Below are positions 14,129 to 25,900 of a stretch of 60,000 nucleotides of DNA, in pieces. Under the pieces are notes generated by a model. It made no database searches and was not told the DNA's origin. It saw nothing but the letters and a program-made list of their open reading frames with translations. A program made the position numbers and the translations under genes. The first letter of the stretch is position 1, and the number at the start of each line of letters is the position of its first letter. Source of the DNA: Botryllus schlosseri (lineage: Eukaryota); NCBI GenBank assembly GCA_051294905.1, contig CM119371.1:27654001-27714000 (forward strand), written 5' to 3'.

Positions 14129-15233
14129 ATGGGGTATACATGTTGCATTCCTGGATGCAGCACTGGGTACAGGTCTAGTAGTAAAACTGGTGCGACTGCT
14201 ACACTGTTCAAGTTTCCACGGGACGAAAAATCTAAGGAGAAATTGATCAGGGCGATACCGAGGCAGAACTGGACACTGTTGGTGAATCACAGGGTTTGCT
14301 CAAAACATTTCACTCGGGACCATTTTGTAACAAGTACCTGTAACAAGACAGAGCGCCGTGCTCGCAAGCGTAAATCAGCAGATTTATTAAGACTTCGTCT
14401 AAAACCTAATGCTATTCCTTATATATTTCCAAAATTGCCAAGTTATTAACTGCCCCATCTCCTTGAAGCAAGAACACTAGTTCATCAGCTCGTCTTGCCC
14501 GGGAAAATTTAGCTATTGAACGCTGCAACTTCGACTTTCTGAAGAAAGATATCATTGAAAACCTCATGATGTCGAAAAGAAAACTGCAGGATGTAACAGC
14601 CCTATGTGGCTATATTTGTGTCACAACTGATGAAGATGTTACGCTCCGTGGTTAGTTGAATACTCGGGTAATGTTGCCATTGACGAGGTGGCTCATAGTG
14701 ATGCGGCTGTTTCTTTCTATGTAAGTGGTTATATTGGACGGTCCATTACCAGGCGAAGGCATTGTGGCAAATGCAGTAATTTACTTGTTAAGAGCATTGC
14801 TGTTCCGCCACTGTCTGATTCTATACCAGACAAGTACAAATCAGTGCTGCAAATTGCAAACAGTGGTGGTCTCTCAGAACCATCTGACTATTGTTATGTC
14901 TTGACAACCCTTGCTGTCCAATATTACACAGCTCTAGCCAACGACAGTGATGTTATGAAAAAGTTCATAACCTGTCCTAATCCTAGAAGGGTTTTTGTAT
15001 CTGCCATTCGTGAAATTTTGAAGTCAACTTTCCTGTGCAATCTCACATCTGTTGTATGTGAGAATGAGAAAGATCCCCATAACAATTTTGAATTGATCAT
15101 GCAAACGTCATTTAACTGCTTTGCAAAAAAACAGTTGAAACGCTTCAACAGCAAGACTAGTTCCAAGTTGCCCACGAGCCAAAAACAGCAAAAGATCAGG
15201 AAACTTAACTCCAAGGGTTCCAGCAAATCTTAG
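14129..15233 (+). pseudogene. Internally deleted THAP-domain (P-element/THAP9-like) transposase
   Basis: 14129-14449 encodes a THAP C2CH domain (CCIPGC..LFKFP..RVCSKHF..LKPNAIPYIF) with the conserved Trp replaced by Leu, followed by a frameshift/stop. 14688-15233 resembles the P-transposase C-terminus (YVSGYIGRSI..CGKC..GGLSEPS). The catalytic core is absent. Confidence 0.8.
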
Positions 15234-15960
15234 TGATTTCTGGCTGTATCTGCTTTGTATGTTATTACACCTGCTCTGTATCTTCCTTCGATAAAAATAC
15301 CTTTGTGTTCAGCTAGTGATTTCTTATTCTATCTGCTCTGTATCTTGCCTTGATTAAGTTGGTGATGTTTGGTATCTGCTGTGTCTCTACTAACCTGGAT
15401 TAAAATATGTCTGTCATCAGCTAGTGCTTTTCGGTTGTATATCTGCTCTGTACCTTGTCTCGTTAAAAATATGTTTGTTTCCAGCTAGTGATTTTCTACT
15501 ATATATACTCTGTAGCTAGCCTTGATTAAAATACTGGAATCTGCTGTGTATCTAACCTGTATTAAAATGTTTGTCATCAACAAGTGACTTTTAGTTGTAT
15601 CTGCTATGTACCTTGCCTTGGTTAAAAAGTACGTTTGTTATCAGCTAGTGATTTTTGATTGTATCCGCTCTGTAGTTTTTGGTTGTATTTGCTGTGTATC
15701 TTGCCTTGATTAAAATACACATGCTTTCAGTTACTGATATTTAGTACATTCGTTTTCAGCTCTGTATGAGATAACCATAATGTCTGCTAGGCAGTTTTGA
15801 TTTTATCTGCTCTGTGTTTTTTGGTTATATTTGCTGTGTATCTTGCTTTGAATAAAATACTAGCCTTGATTAAAATACACATGTTTTTAGTTACTTATAT
15901 TTGGTACATTCGTTTTTAGCTCTGTATGAGATAACCAGAATGTCTGCTAGGCAGTTATTT
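15232..15960 (+). repeat. Degenerate ~55-65-bp tandem repeat array 3' of the THAP ORF
   Basis: Recurrent unit cagctagtgattt..tatctgctctgtatcttgccttgattaaaata, about 10 copies. A ~90-bp near-duplicate lies at ~15705-15795 and ~15864-15955. Confidence 0.85.
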
Positions 15961-16962
15961 GAGAACCAAGAAAATTCATGTCACTTAGCAGTAGTGGGAT
16001 ATTCACAGTAATCGCCAACAGTATTATCTACGCTATCGATGCGTTCGAGGTGGCACTCCTATTGCACGCCTCTAAAACGAGAGATACATCCCGGTGTTTA
16101 GATATCCCTGTATCAGCCCGGGGCCTACGGGCTACGTAGTCCCGATCAGCCAGTCGAATTTGATCGTGAAATGGTGGGGTTTTAATTATAAAGGTGTTAT
16201 TGCAGCAAGAGCAATATAGGCGCATGCCGCAACATTATTAATGGGAATACAAATCCCTATGGTTTGAAATTCGATTCGCGATATGGTTGCGCCCGACAGA
16301 GTCCGTCCAGCAATGAAGTTTGTTGGAACGTAGAAGGTTCCCGCTCAAACTAATCGAATAAATTGAGAATTTGCGCCACAGAGAATCTCTTGTTGCATCA
16401 ATATTTGACAACTTAATTCCACGCCATTCACTGCACAATGCGCAGTATTAATAACAAATCAAACACTGACAAGTGACATCGAGGGAATACGAACGTATGA
16501 AGCAGACAAGAATTAGTAGCTTACAGATGATAGCAAACGAGAAAGCGCGCATCTAACAAGTAATTCCGCAACTTGCGTACAGTACAATGAGGTTCCGAGT
16601 CTGACATCGCGACAATTGTTTGCTCATTATAACAACGTTGGAGCTGCATTGCTGCATTTCCGATAAAAGTTACCAAAGCCTTGATAGAGTAATGAATAAG
16701 CGCACTTTGCGCAGGAATGACTTTCTATTCGCATGCATACATAAACACACTTTCCTATTTCGCGCTCCAATTCAAAAGACTACCACGAAACTAACTCAAG
16801 AATTATTTTGTAAACGAATATGCGAGCAAATACAACTTAATTGTGAGAAGTAGAACGTGAATTCGTTCGTCTGGTCAAGAGAGGAAACGGTGTTTCTCAG
16901 CGCAAGCGTGTCGAAATCGACGCCGTCAACGAGGTCGCTTCGATTGTATGATTAGTGATTAC

Positions 16963-17398
16963 TAGGGCAAGTTTTTGTTGCAGTTAAACCCGTGGAAAGT
17001 TGCATTTATTTTTTTTTAAAGTTGCTGAAGTTGCATTTTGACCACATTTTGCTCGGTTGACTAAAAAAAGGTCAACTTCCCAGATTGATTAAAACAAAGG
17101 TCAATTTTCCGGCTCAGCTATCGAAATACCCGTAAAAGCGTTACTTCGGTGCTGCTTTACGGTGTTTCAGTCGAATTTGGCCGTGTATTTCACCAGAATC
17201 GAAAATACTTTCATGAAAAATCAAGAAAGTTGCAAAATGTTGCAAAAAGTTGCATGAAAAAATGGACAAAAGTTGCAATAAGTTGCACTATAAGATTCCT
17301 TCAAACAGCTTGAAGCAGCGTTCTACATATCTTACGAGTATTTAGGAAGCTGCCGGAAGCCATAAAAAAAGTTGCAAAAGTTGCAAACACTTGCCCTA
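16963..17398. mobile_element. hAT MITE (TAGGGCAA TIR, aagttgca subterminal repeats)
   Basis: TIR tagggcaagt/acttgcccta with perfect TSD GTGATTAC (16955-16962, 17399-17406). Confidence 0.9.
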
Positions 17399-19517
17399 GT
17401 GATTACTAATCTCGGATTACATTTTATTGGGGCGTCTAAAGCACTATAGTTTGACGTCGCCGACGAAGCTGAGTATTCAATTATCCACGCGCGTAACGGT
17501 TAATGGTAAATAGTTGGCATTTACGCGATATCACGGGCGAGCGTTTAGGCATTTTGCACGGGGTGGCCGCCATCCCATAATTGTGTCATGGGGTGGCTGG
17601 ACCACCCCGCCACCCCGTAACTCGGCACCTATGTTTGGTGGAACCAATGAAGAAAAGCTCCCCTGCAGTCGTGGAACCAAAATAAACAAAGATTCCCAGT
17701 TCTTTCTGTGCTACCAACTACGGTACCAAGTGAAATACTGTTCACTGTGTTTAGTACTGTATAGCCTACATCATTTATGAATACCACACAAGTTCACTCC
17801 CTGGAGAAAACGCCGAGAAATTATGCTTCGTGAACTGTAATCTGCAACTGCTAGACTGGTGCTGCTGATATATTTTTATTGCCCCCCAGATCATTCATTT
17901 CATGTTAAGTATAGCAATGGCTGTAAACATGTTCAATTAAATACTCTTGAGGTGTTAAATATGCGCCTTGAGCTAGATTCCATATCTTTTGAATATCGGC
18001 TGAATATATCGGGGTTATCGGTGAAGGTACTGGATATCGGTTTTATAGGTATATGCTCAACAATCCAATATCGGTCGGGCTCTACTGATAACGTCAACGC
18101 ATTGTTGCTGAATTAAGCACCAAAGATCCAAGAACTGCGTCAATGGTCTTCATAGCGTGATAGATATTTAAACACCGCCTATCGGCTGTGCCTAATTTGA
18201 GCCGATTGCCAGAGGCAATCATTGCGATGCGCTTACAGTTCCTTCCGGTACGTCTCGAAAATGCGGTATGCTACTTATGTACATTTACCAGGTAGCACGG
18301 ATGCTACTAACACTTTCAGACTGAATTTCATGTTAGTATGCTTCACCTGACATGAGCGAGGAGTGAAATTGCCGAAACCACCGCCGTCGCGTTTTGTCGC
18401 GCAGAGCAATCACTACGCTTGCCTATAAATGTATCATAAAACACGATTTTAGCAGATATGAGAACACTCCTTAATTAACCAGAACGCTACTGATTCATTG
18501 TGGCTTAGTCGCGTACGTACATCGTGCAGTGTCGGAGGTTGGTAAAGTTACGGCTGCATGAAAATCGCAGCGTTGTTATCGTAAGGGTTGTTTGTGGAAC
18601 TGAGGATGCCAACCGGAAGTAGTACAGCGTTGTAGCGGCGATTGATTTGTCGCATAGTAGTGACTCTGTGGTATACAGCTTATGACTTCGTTACCAGGTA
18701 ACAGAACATCGAACTTCGGTCTCTGCATTTTACAGCGGTATATGATTACGGCATTTCCTATGTGATGCACTCGGTAATATAGATGTCTGAGATATCTTTT
18801 TTACTGTCATTAGATGTTTCTCACAAGTTTAATATTAACTGTACTGTTGGATTACAGTGTAAGATTCTATGCTCGCAGTCAGTGTAGCTATTATGGATTT
18901 TTCCGGTATAGCCTTTGCGCGCGTTTAGAAATTCGTGACTCAAATTAGTGAATTTCCGCACCACGCACGTATCCTTAGCAAGTAGATGGCTCTTCTATTT
19001 GGTAGCCTTCAGTATCTAGCTTTAAAGTGCTACGTCGGAGAACAGGTCCCAAGTTCGTACACCAGCTGTTGACTTTTAGGTTACTTCACATAATTTACAT
19101 TTTATATTGCACTGAGTACTTTAGCGAAACCGTATGACAGGCTTGAAATAGGATGGACAACATGCGAGGTTTGTGCGTGGCTTACTTGAAGAAAGTTTAG
19201 TCAAAGCAACGAAACATTTTGCGGCTGCAGGACGTGTAGTAGGGACCAGATACAGTTTCACAGCCCAGTTGTAACTTGTATGTTAAGTGAAATAAGGCAA
19301 TAACGCTTTGTAAAAATATATATTGATATATGACGTTGCTGGGTCGTGAGACTGTGGGTAGTTATATACATATTTGTTAGGTGGTGACAAGCTATAGAGG
19401 TCAGATATGACCGAAGGCTAGTGGTGTCCAAGACTCGCGACATAGCTTGGTCATCAGGGTTGTCTAAGTCGCCGGTGTCGTTACTTGAGAATTATTGCTA
19501 TAATTACAAGTAGAATT

Positions 19518-19660
19518 GTGGCGAGATAGCGTATAGTGGGATAATTCACAGCTGCAAGACCAGTATGGTGCGGGTTAGAATCCGACCAAGGTCGACTCCA
19601 TAATTCCTACCTAAGTGTTGACGGGTTATCTAGGCTCCTCCTCGCCCCCTCATCAGTGTA
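19518..19660 (+). mobile_element. tRNA-derived SINE, 5' part
   Basis: A-box-like tagcgtatagtgg and B-box-like ggttagaatcc. The body ttatctaggctcctcctcgcc is shared with ~21885-22080, ~8655-8820 and ~29940. Confidence 0.65.
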
Positions 19661-19956
19661 ACCCAGGGGTTCTTACAGTATGGGTCGTAAACGCCCAAGG
19701 CGATTGCTAAATTTCTTGCAACAACAAAATTTCTTCGCGCCTACCGCGATGTCCTGTACTTGGTTTGTGCCTATACATTATACAAGTTCACTGTGTTGAG
19801 TACAGGCAACAAGGTATAGGCAACCAGCGAGACACGCGGAAAAGTCATTACTACAATGGCGGGATAATGAATATGTGCCGACCTTTGTATTACAGAAATT
19901 CGCTTCATGACATGATAAGATTCGTTTAACATTGGTTTGTCTGGAAATGTCTAGCT

Positions 19957-21177
19957 CAGGGGTTCTCAAAGGGTGGGCCATGGCCCACTGGTGGGCCATA
20001 AGAGCATTTGAGGTGGGCCACAGAGCTATTTTGTAAATTTTAGAAATAATGTAAGTTTAGTAATATTTGTCGTGTTAATCGCAAAAAAATAAATTCATAT
20101 TAGCTGATTATACGTAGGCTACATAAAGCTTTTAATCCGACTCTGATGAGACGTAGTGGTACGTATGCAGTCAGAAACGGCGGCTCTTCCACTGGCTATG
20201 ACTACCTATGGCTAACAGCAACTAAAATAATTTCGCGTATATAATACCTGGACGGTAATGCTGAAGTAACCAAGTATTCCGGCAGGGTCATAATGTCGTA
20301 TGCCGTTGAAAGGGGTGTGCAATAAGCTCGGAACGAAGTGTAATTGATGTATGGATTTACTGTACTTTGGCAGGTCCTATTATTGTAAGATAAAAATAGC
20401 CATAATTGCAAATTATTAGCAACTTCTGGTGGAAATATACTGCACCAGCGCAACTAATAGAAATGGATTGAGCATTTAGCGGAGCGCATTAATATTTGGA
20501 GTCTGTTTAAAATGTCATGCCTGGAAATCAATGCACATAATGTAAGAGTCAAATGAATTGATAGCATCACTGAATTGAATATTCCGACATCGCAACTTCA
20601 GTTGGTTCAGCACGTGACATATAATGTACATTGTACAGCATGCATGATATGGAATCTATTTCCACTTCTCTGTAGTAGCCTATAGGCCTATACCCCATTC
20701 ACCAATGAATTGTTTAAAGCTGGCCCAGAATGATTATACTATTCCCTCAATAGTGGAACTAAAATCCCAATCACACAGTGTATGCGCGAATTCGATCATT
20801 GTGTTTCGCGAAGCGAATGGAGCAGCGGACGATCATAAAATACTCAGTAGTTTTAGCATATGATCTACCATAGCCGTAACTGCCGCACCCAAACCACTAA
20901 TCGGGGGAGCTAGAAGGGGCCCAAGATTATTTCGTTGCTCGTTTGTTGGAAGATATTCATTCAACTTGAAAATTTTCGACTTCATGCCCGACATGTTTAT
21001 ATTTTAATTTCATCACTAAATAAGGAGCAAAATGCGCATATTTTAGAGAAATAGGCATATCGGCGCCGTCGATTACCACGCATTGAACAGGATTATGACT
21101 TTAAGATTAGAGGTGGGCCACAGCACATATTCGAACCGGAAAATGGGCCACGGCCAAGAAAGGTCTGAGAACCCCTG
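19957..21177 (+). mobile_element. hAT/Charlie-Buster-type non-autonomous element
   Basis: TIR caggggttctca / tgagaacccctg with perfect TSD GTCTAGCT, and gggcca subterminal repeats. Confidence 0.9.
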
Positions 21178-21884
21178 GTCTAGCTTAAGCGGGGAATACT
21201 CGGGTACGACGGGTAGGCTGGACGTAAGGAAATGTCGCGGCCGTAACTTCCGCAGCCGATATTTTTAGTACGCATATTTTACAGAAATGCATCAACTCTA
21301 TTCGCAATTGTGAAAGAGCAGAATATCCCAAGTATCGCTTAACGCCGCCGGAGTGTGCAACGGTATTTCGTGGCCGCCCTTTCCGCCCGCGGTGGGATAC
21401 TGGAAGACGTACCGTTTTGGCCTACATGTGGCTCCGGCAAAAATGCGGTGCTAAAAAGCCCGGATAAATGCGATAAAACCATGGCCCAAAATAACCGTTG
21501 CTGGGTGGCCAAAACTTAGATATGGATATGCCCTGTCTTCGAAATGGTCGGCACCGAATACTGTCGTCCATGTAATCTGAGCCCTGCAGTACACATGTTA
21601 CCCGCAGAGGAATATAACCATCTCGATTTGGAATCGTGTACGTTGCACATATTTCATACAACTGCATTGCGCGCAGTTGGTTATCTGCCCCTTCTCTTTT
21701 TGATACACCCCCGTAAATACGTGGCATACTAACATTAAGAATGAATTCATGTCGATGCGTGAGGTTTGGGTCTTGAGATGAAATATAACCCAGATTTGGG
21801 TCGCGGTCTAAAAGGTTTAGGAACCGTACTATCAACTTGTAAAAGTAGCCTACATGATATATACTACATCATACCCAGCAAGTC

Positions 21885-22080
21885 CAAAATTCCTACCTAA
21901 GTGCTGGTGGTTTATCTAGGCTCCTCCTCGCCATCTCATCCGTGTACGCGGTGTCTTATTGAAAGCCTAGAAGTGGGCCGTGCTAGAAGTCGACAGCTAC
22001 GTAATAAAATTGAAGGAAATTGACCTGGGTGTAAATGACCATAGTAGCCGACAAACACCATGAACACCACAAACAACAAG
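21885..22080 (+). mobile_element. SINE body, 5'-truncated
   Basis: aattcctacctaagtg..ttatctaggctcctcctcgcc..gtgggccgtgctagaagtcg..gtgtaaatgaccatagtag matches 19600-19650 and 8655-8810. Confidence 0.6.
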
Positions 22081-22666
22081 TCGAAGTATAGTGATTTCCA
22101 AGACATGTCAAAACTATTTCCAGTGTAAGTAGATAACGAAGGCTTGAAAATATACTCAAGTAGTCACAACAGGTCGTGAGGTCGCATACTTTTGACAGTT
22201 TAACAGAATTGACTACGCTCGAGAATGCAGGCTGACTCTTCGCCACTAACGCACATGAGTAATGGCACTACAAATATAGATGCGTTCATGGAAAATATAT
22301 TCGGTTATCGTGATACAGGGGCTTTTTCATTCGATTGCTATGACCATTCCAATTTCCAATCTTATAAGTGATGCCAACCCGAAACAATACTACTGTCTAC
22401 TTTTCAGTATCCTAAGTGGTAAAAACTAAGTGATACAGCCATAGGTACGTTAAGTGAAAATCTACTTGTGTGGTCCGTAAAATTAAAAGTACTTCTTTCT
22501 TGACCAGTGACCACCTATATTAGACATCAGGTCACCAGATTTGACCGCACTTGAATAATGGCTAAATGTGAATTAAATACTTTGGGTCGTGTTTGAGATT
22601 TGTTTTTGTTACAGTCGTTTCAGGTCGTGAACTCGCAAATTAACATAGAACTCGATGTGCGGCGGA

Positions 22667-22925
22667 TGGTCCATAGACATGTGAGCATGCGGTACATCGG
22701 CATGCGACAATTGGGCATGCGACACATGAACATGTGGGTTAAATTACGGGTTAAGGGTGGGTTAGGATTTGATCTATGGTTGGGTTTGGGTTAGTCTTGG
22801 GGTTAGGATATAAATATGGATTAATTTTAGGGGTATGTTTCGGGTTAGGGTAAGTTTTTGGGTGAAGTGTTGGATGCTGAACTGTTGTTTTCCATTGTGT
22901 CGCATGCTCATATGTCGGGCAACCG
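22667..22925. mobile_element. Short MITE-like element with a telomere-like (GGGTTA) G-rich core
   Basis: Imperfect TIR gacatgtgagcatgcg / cgcatgctcatatgtc, internal gcatgcgac repeats and gggtta/ggttagg runs. Confidence 0.6.
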
Positions 22926-22992
22926 CGGTTGATATCAATTAATATTCGTTTCAGCAGGCGTAATTTCCGTATACTTGACATGATGACAAGCT

Positions 22993-25900
22993 ATGACGAG
23001 GATGACTTCGAGATCAGCGTTTACCCTGCTTATGCTTGTCGTCGCTATCACAGGATTACTAATATTTTACGAGACTCTGGTTGTACCGACAAGGTCTACT
23101 CCTGCTGTCGGACTGCTAGTAAAACCCGACCTGGGTACTTTTACGTGGGCGCGCCCACAGCGGAATGTCCCCCAGTCTGAAAACGCAAACACGCATGCAC
23201 CTTTGAACATTTTATCACCTCCACCATTGGGTGTAAATATTGTGAGCAAGCAATGCCAGATCATTCTACGTGGTAACACTCGTGAGATTGGTGAGCTGAG
23301 AAAGTCCGAAGACTTTTCATGGAGAGATCAGAAGAATGACACGGACATTGCGAACATGGCAGCGAATTGTTCCTTGCTGAGAAGCAGGTAAAGTATTTTA
23401 TCAATTCAATCTACATTATTAAGCTAAGTCTGAGTTCGAAATCTAACACTTTCACCAAGTGCAAGTTTCGCAACATATGGTCCATGAACAATGAACATTT
23501 ATAGTGGGCCATGATGATGGTTCCGGTGCGTCATAGAACTTGCATATGGTGTGCTATGTATTAACATATTTTTCTTTTGAATAATTTTTCGTGTTGTCAC
23601 ACCTTGGTCGAAGATTCAGTCAACACCATTTTTACTACAGTAATGTGCCATGAGCAAAAAAGGTCGAAAAGGCCTACCTACACTAACTACACTAATCGTC
23701 GCAAGATATCCACATAGAAAATAGATAGATAAATTGCCAGAATTTCAAGTAAGCCAATCATAAATATAAGTGATTATCCTGTTAATCAGGCGATGTCTGC
23801 CTCCGACATATTGCCTGGTACTCCATCCTTATCAATCATGTATTATAGTGTCTTATTCAATGTTCCCTCTATGAGCTGCGTACGTGGGCAAATGCTCAGT
23901 GCGGACACGGTCTCTGCGCACAGAAAATCCAACTTGCGCATATAACACCCGAAGAGATAACCTTTTTTTAGTCGTTACGCACTATTGTCCAAGGGTTCTG
24001 CACAGTCAGTTGGTGAGTTTGCGCAGACTCGTCAAAAATTAGAGGGAACATCGGTCTTAATGTGTATAAAGTAGCAGCTGTACGCCATTAGTGTGATACA
24101 ATTGACTCCTAGCTCTGGAATGAAACAAGCAAAACAATACACTTGGTCTGCATTGTCGTGGCATAATAATTATTACCGTTATGGCTGTATCAGTTATATC
24201 TGATAATCATATTTTATTATCTCGTGAACTGAGTTATATCAATTTTTCATTCGAACACAAACCTGTCTACACAACACGACAGATGTGGCGTCTCTATCAT
24301 TTCAACTTCCATCTCCTCGTTATCATTTCATGATAGCGGTTGCAAGAAGGGCTGTATATGACTTGAAAATTCTTGTCAATCTAGTACTATAGGTTTATAG
24401 GCGTTGTAAGTTTATTTCGGTTCAGTACGACAGAAGCTAAACACTAGTCCGTGGTGGTAAAATTATTCGTCGTTGCCACTGAAAGCAGTAATAGTACTAA
24501 CGCTGTGCATTTCTACTCAATTACAAGTAGAAATGGAAATCTTCAACAGATGTCAAAACTACTTCCGAGTGGAAGTGCGATATGAAAGGTGGAATACCTG
24601 CTCAAGCTAGTAATTTCAAAACTTAGATTTGGTCAAGAACTCGCCTATTTATAGAAGTTACTCGGTGGTTCAAAATTGGAAGGTGAATTTTTGCAACTGA
24701 CGAAAAATAATTATTATCATCCAAACACAAGACTATATCCTTTCGAAAATATATTCACTCACCGTGATACCTGGACTGTTTCACGTGAATTTTAAAGACA
24801 GTTTCTCTGAAAAGGCGATGCAAACTTATTCCTAAACGACCTTCTACCTTCCAAAATCAAGTGATTAAAAGTATGTAGAGATTGTGGACTGTTCATGTTC
24901 ACATACTGTTTGAGTAAAATTGGAAGCATAGTAAAGGAAATGACGTAGTTTATTTTTCTTCTTGCCGCATACACACTGACTCATGATATGCATACACACG
25001 ATCTGTGCATATGCATGAGTGGATGATGTGTATATGCCGCTGGACAGGAAAGGTGCAGATGTAGCCTTCTACTGCTTTCTAAGTTTTACACCCCCCCCCC
25101 CATTCTATGCCAGTAATGCATGGATACCAATGTCTCTAATTCGGCCTTTGGTCTGACCCAGCCAGGGATCGTACCTACGACCGACCGTGAGAGACGCCAC
25201 GACCTACCGTTAAAGACCCGGATGCTTCACCATTACGCTATCTTGTCATAACCACTGGAGTAAGCAATCTAAGTAGAAATACATTGTTTCAGACCACCTC
25301 TGGTGCTAGGAACATTGTAGTTCTCAAGTAGACGAAGAAGTAACGCCAAAAATTACGTTCAATTTCCAATATACATCAAAGCTACTTCATAGGTACATGG
25401 GATGGTCCGGAAAGTACTTACTTATCAGAATATCACTCATAATAGAGTGACCAATAATCGTCAGATTGGATTTCCATCTGATCAAGACACACGGTGTACA
25501 ATGGTGTGTAATGAACAGATAGGAGGATGCCCAATGACCAGTTGTGCTCTCTTAAATTGGCTTCCACCTCGACCTAGTGCGTGATGTCACAGTTCTTTTT
25601 CGCGGCTTTTCCTTGCTCCTTTCATTCCTTGTGAGTGCGTTCTTTCATCGTGTCTTTTTCTTGGCTCTTCTGTCCCCGCAAGAACAGCGACGCGGGGAAA
25701 AGTAGCCTAGATAAACCCCCCACGCTAAATCGTAACAAACGCAAACTCCCCGCTGCGAACGTATTATAAAACTAATGTCTCCTATTCAAAACTTCAAATC
25801 GTTAAAGCAGAACTAGAAGTAGTCTAAAACAGTACCACTTCAGTAAGTCACGCAAGTAAGCGAAACCTACTTGAACACCCCGGAAGAATAAAAATAATTC

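Larger units (their letters stand above)
12434..17633 (+). mobile_element. 5.2-kb DNA transposon carrying a THAP/P-element-like transposase relic, nested in the hAT element
   Basis: Termini CATAGG...CCTATG flanked by perfect 8-bp TSD TTTGGTGG (12426-12433, 17634-17641). It splits the hAT transposase relic. Confidence 0.8.
11515..18084 (+). mobile_element. Defective hAT (ZBED/Ac-like) DNA transposon, interrupted by a nested element
   Basis: TIRs TAGAGCCCGACCGAT / ATCGGTCGGGCTCTA with perfect 8-bp TSD CTGATAAC (11507-11514, 18085-18092). Transposase relics: KIDQLIVEML and SCFAHSLQL (~12280-12380), plus a C-terminal dimerization domain PLQSWNQNKQRFPVL..PSEILF..ENAEKLCFVNCNL (~17660-17860). Confidence 0.88.

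Noticed and set aside
14129..14449. Domesticated host THAP transcription factor
   Set aside because: The conserved Trp is lost, a frameshift follows, and it sits within a TSD-bounded transposon.
15232..15960. CRISPR-like array
   Set aside because: Units are degenerate tandem copies without unique spacers, there are no cas genes, and the context is a eukaryotic transposon.
21422..21835. 137-aa minus-strand ORF
   Set aside because: No recognisable domain, and it lies between repeats; possibly eroded retroelement sequence.
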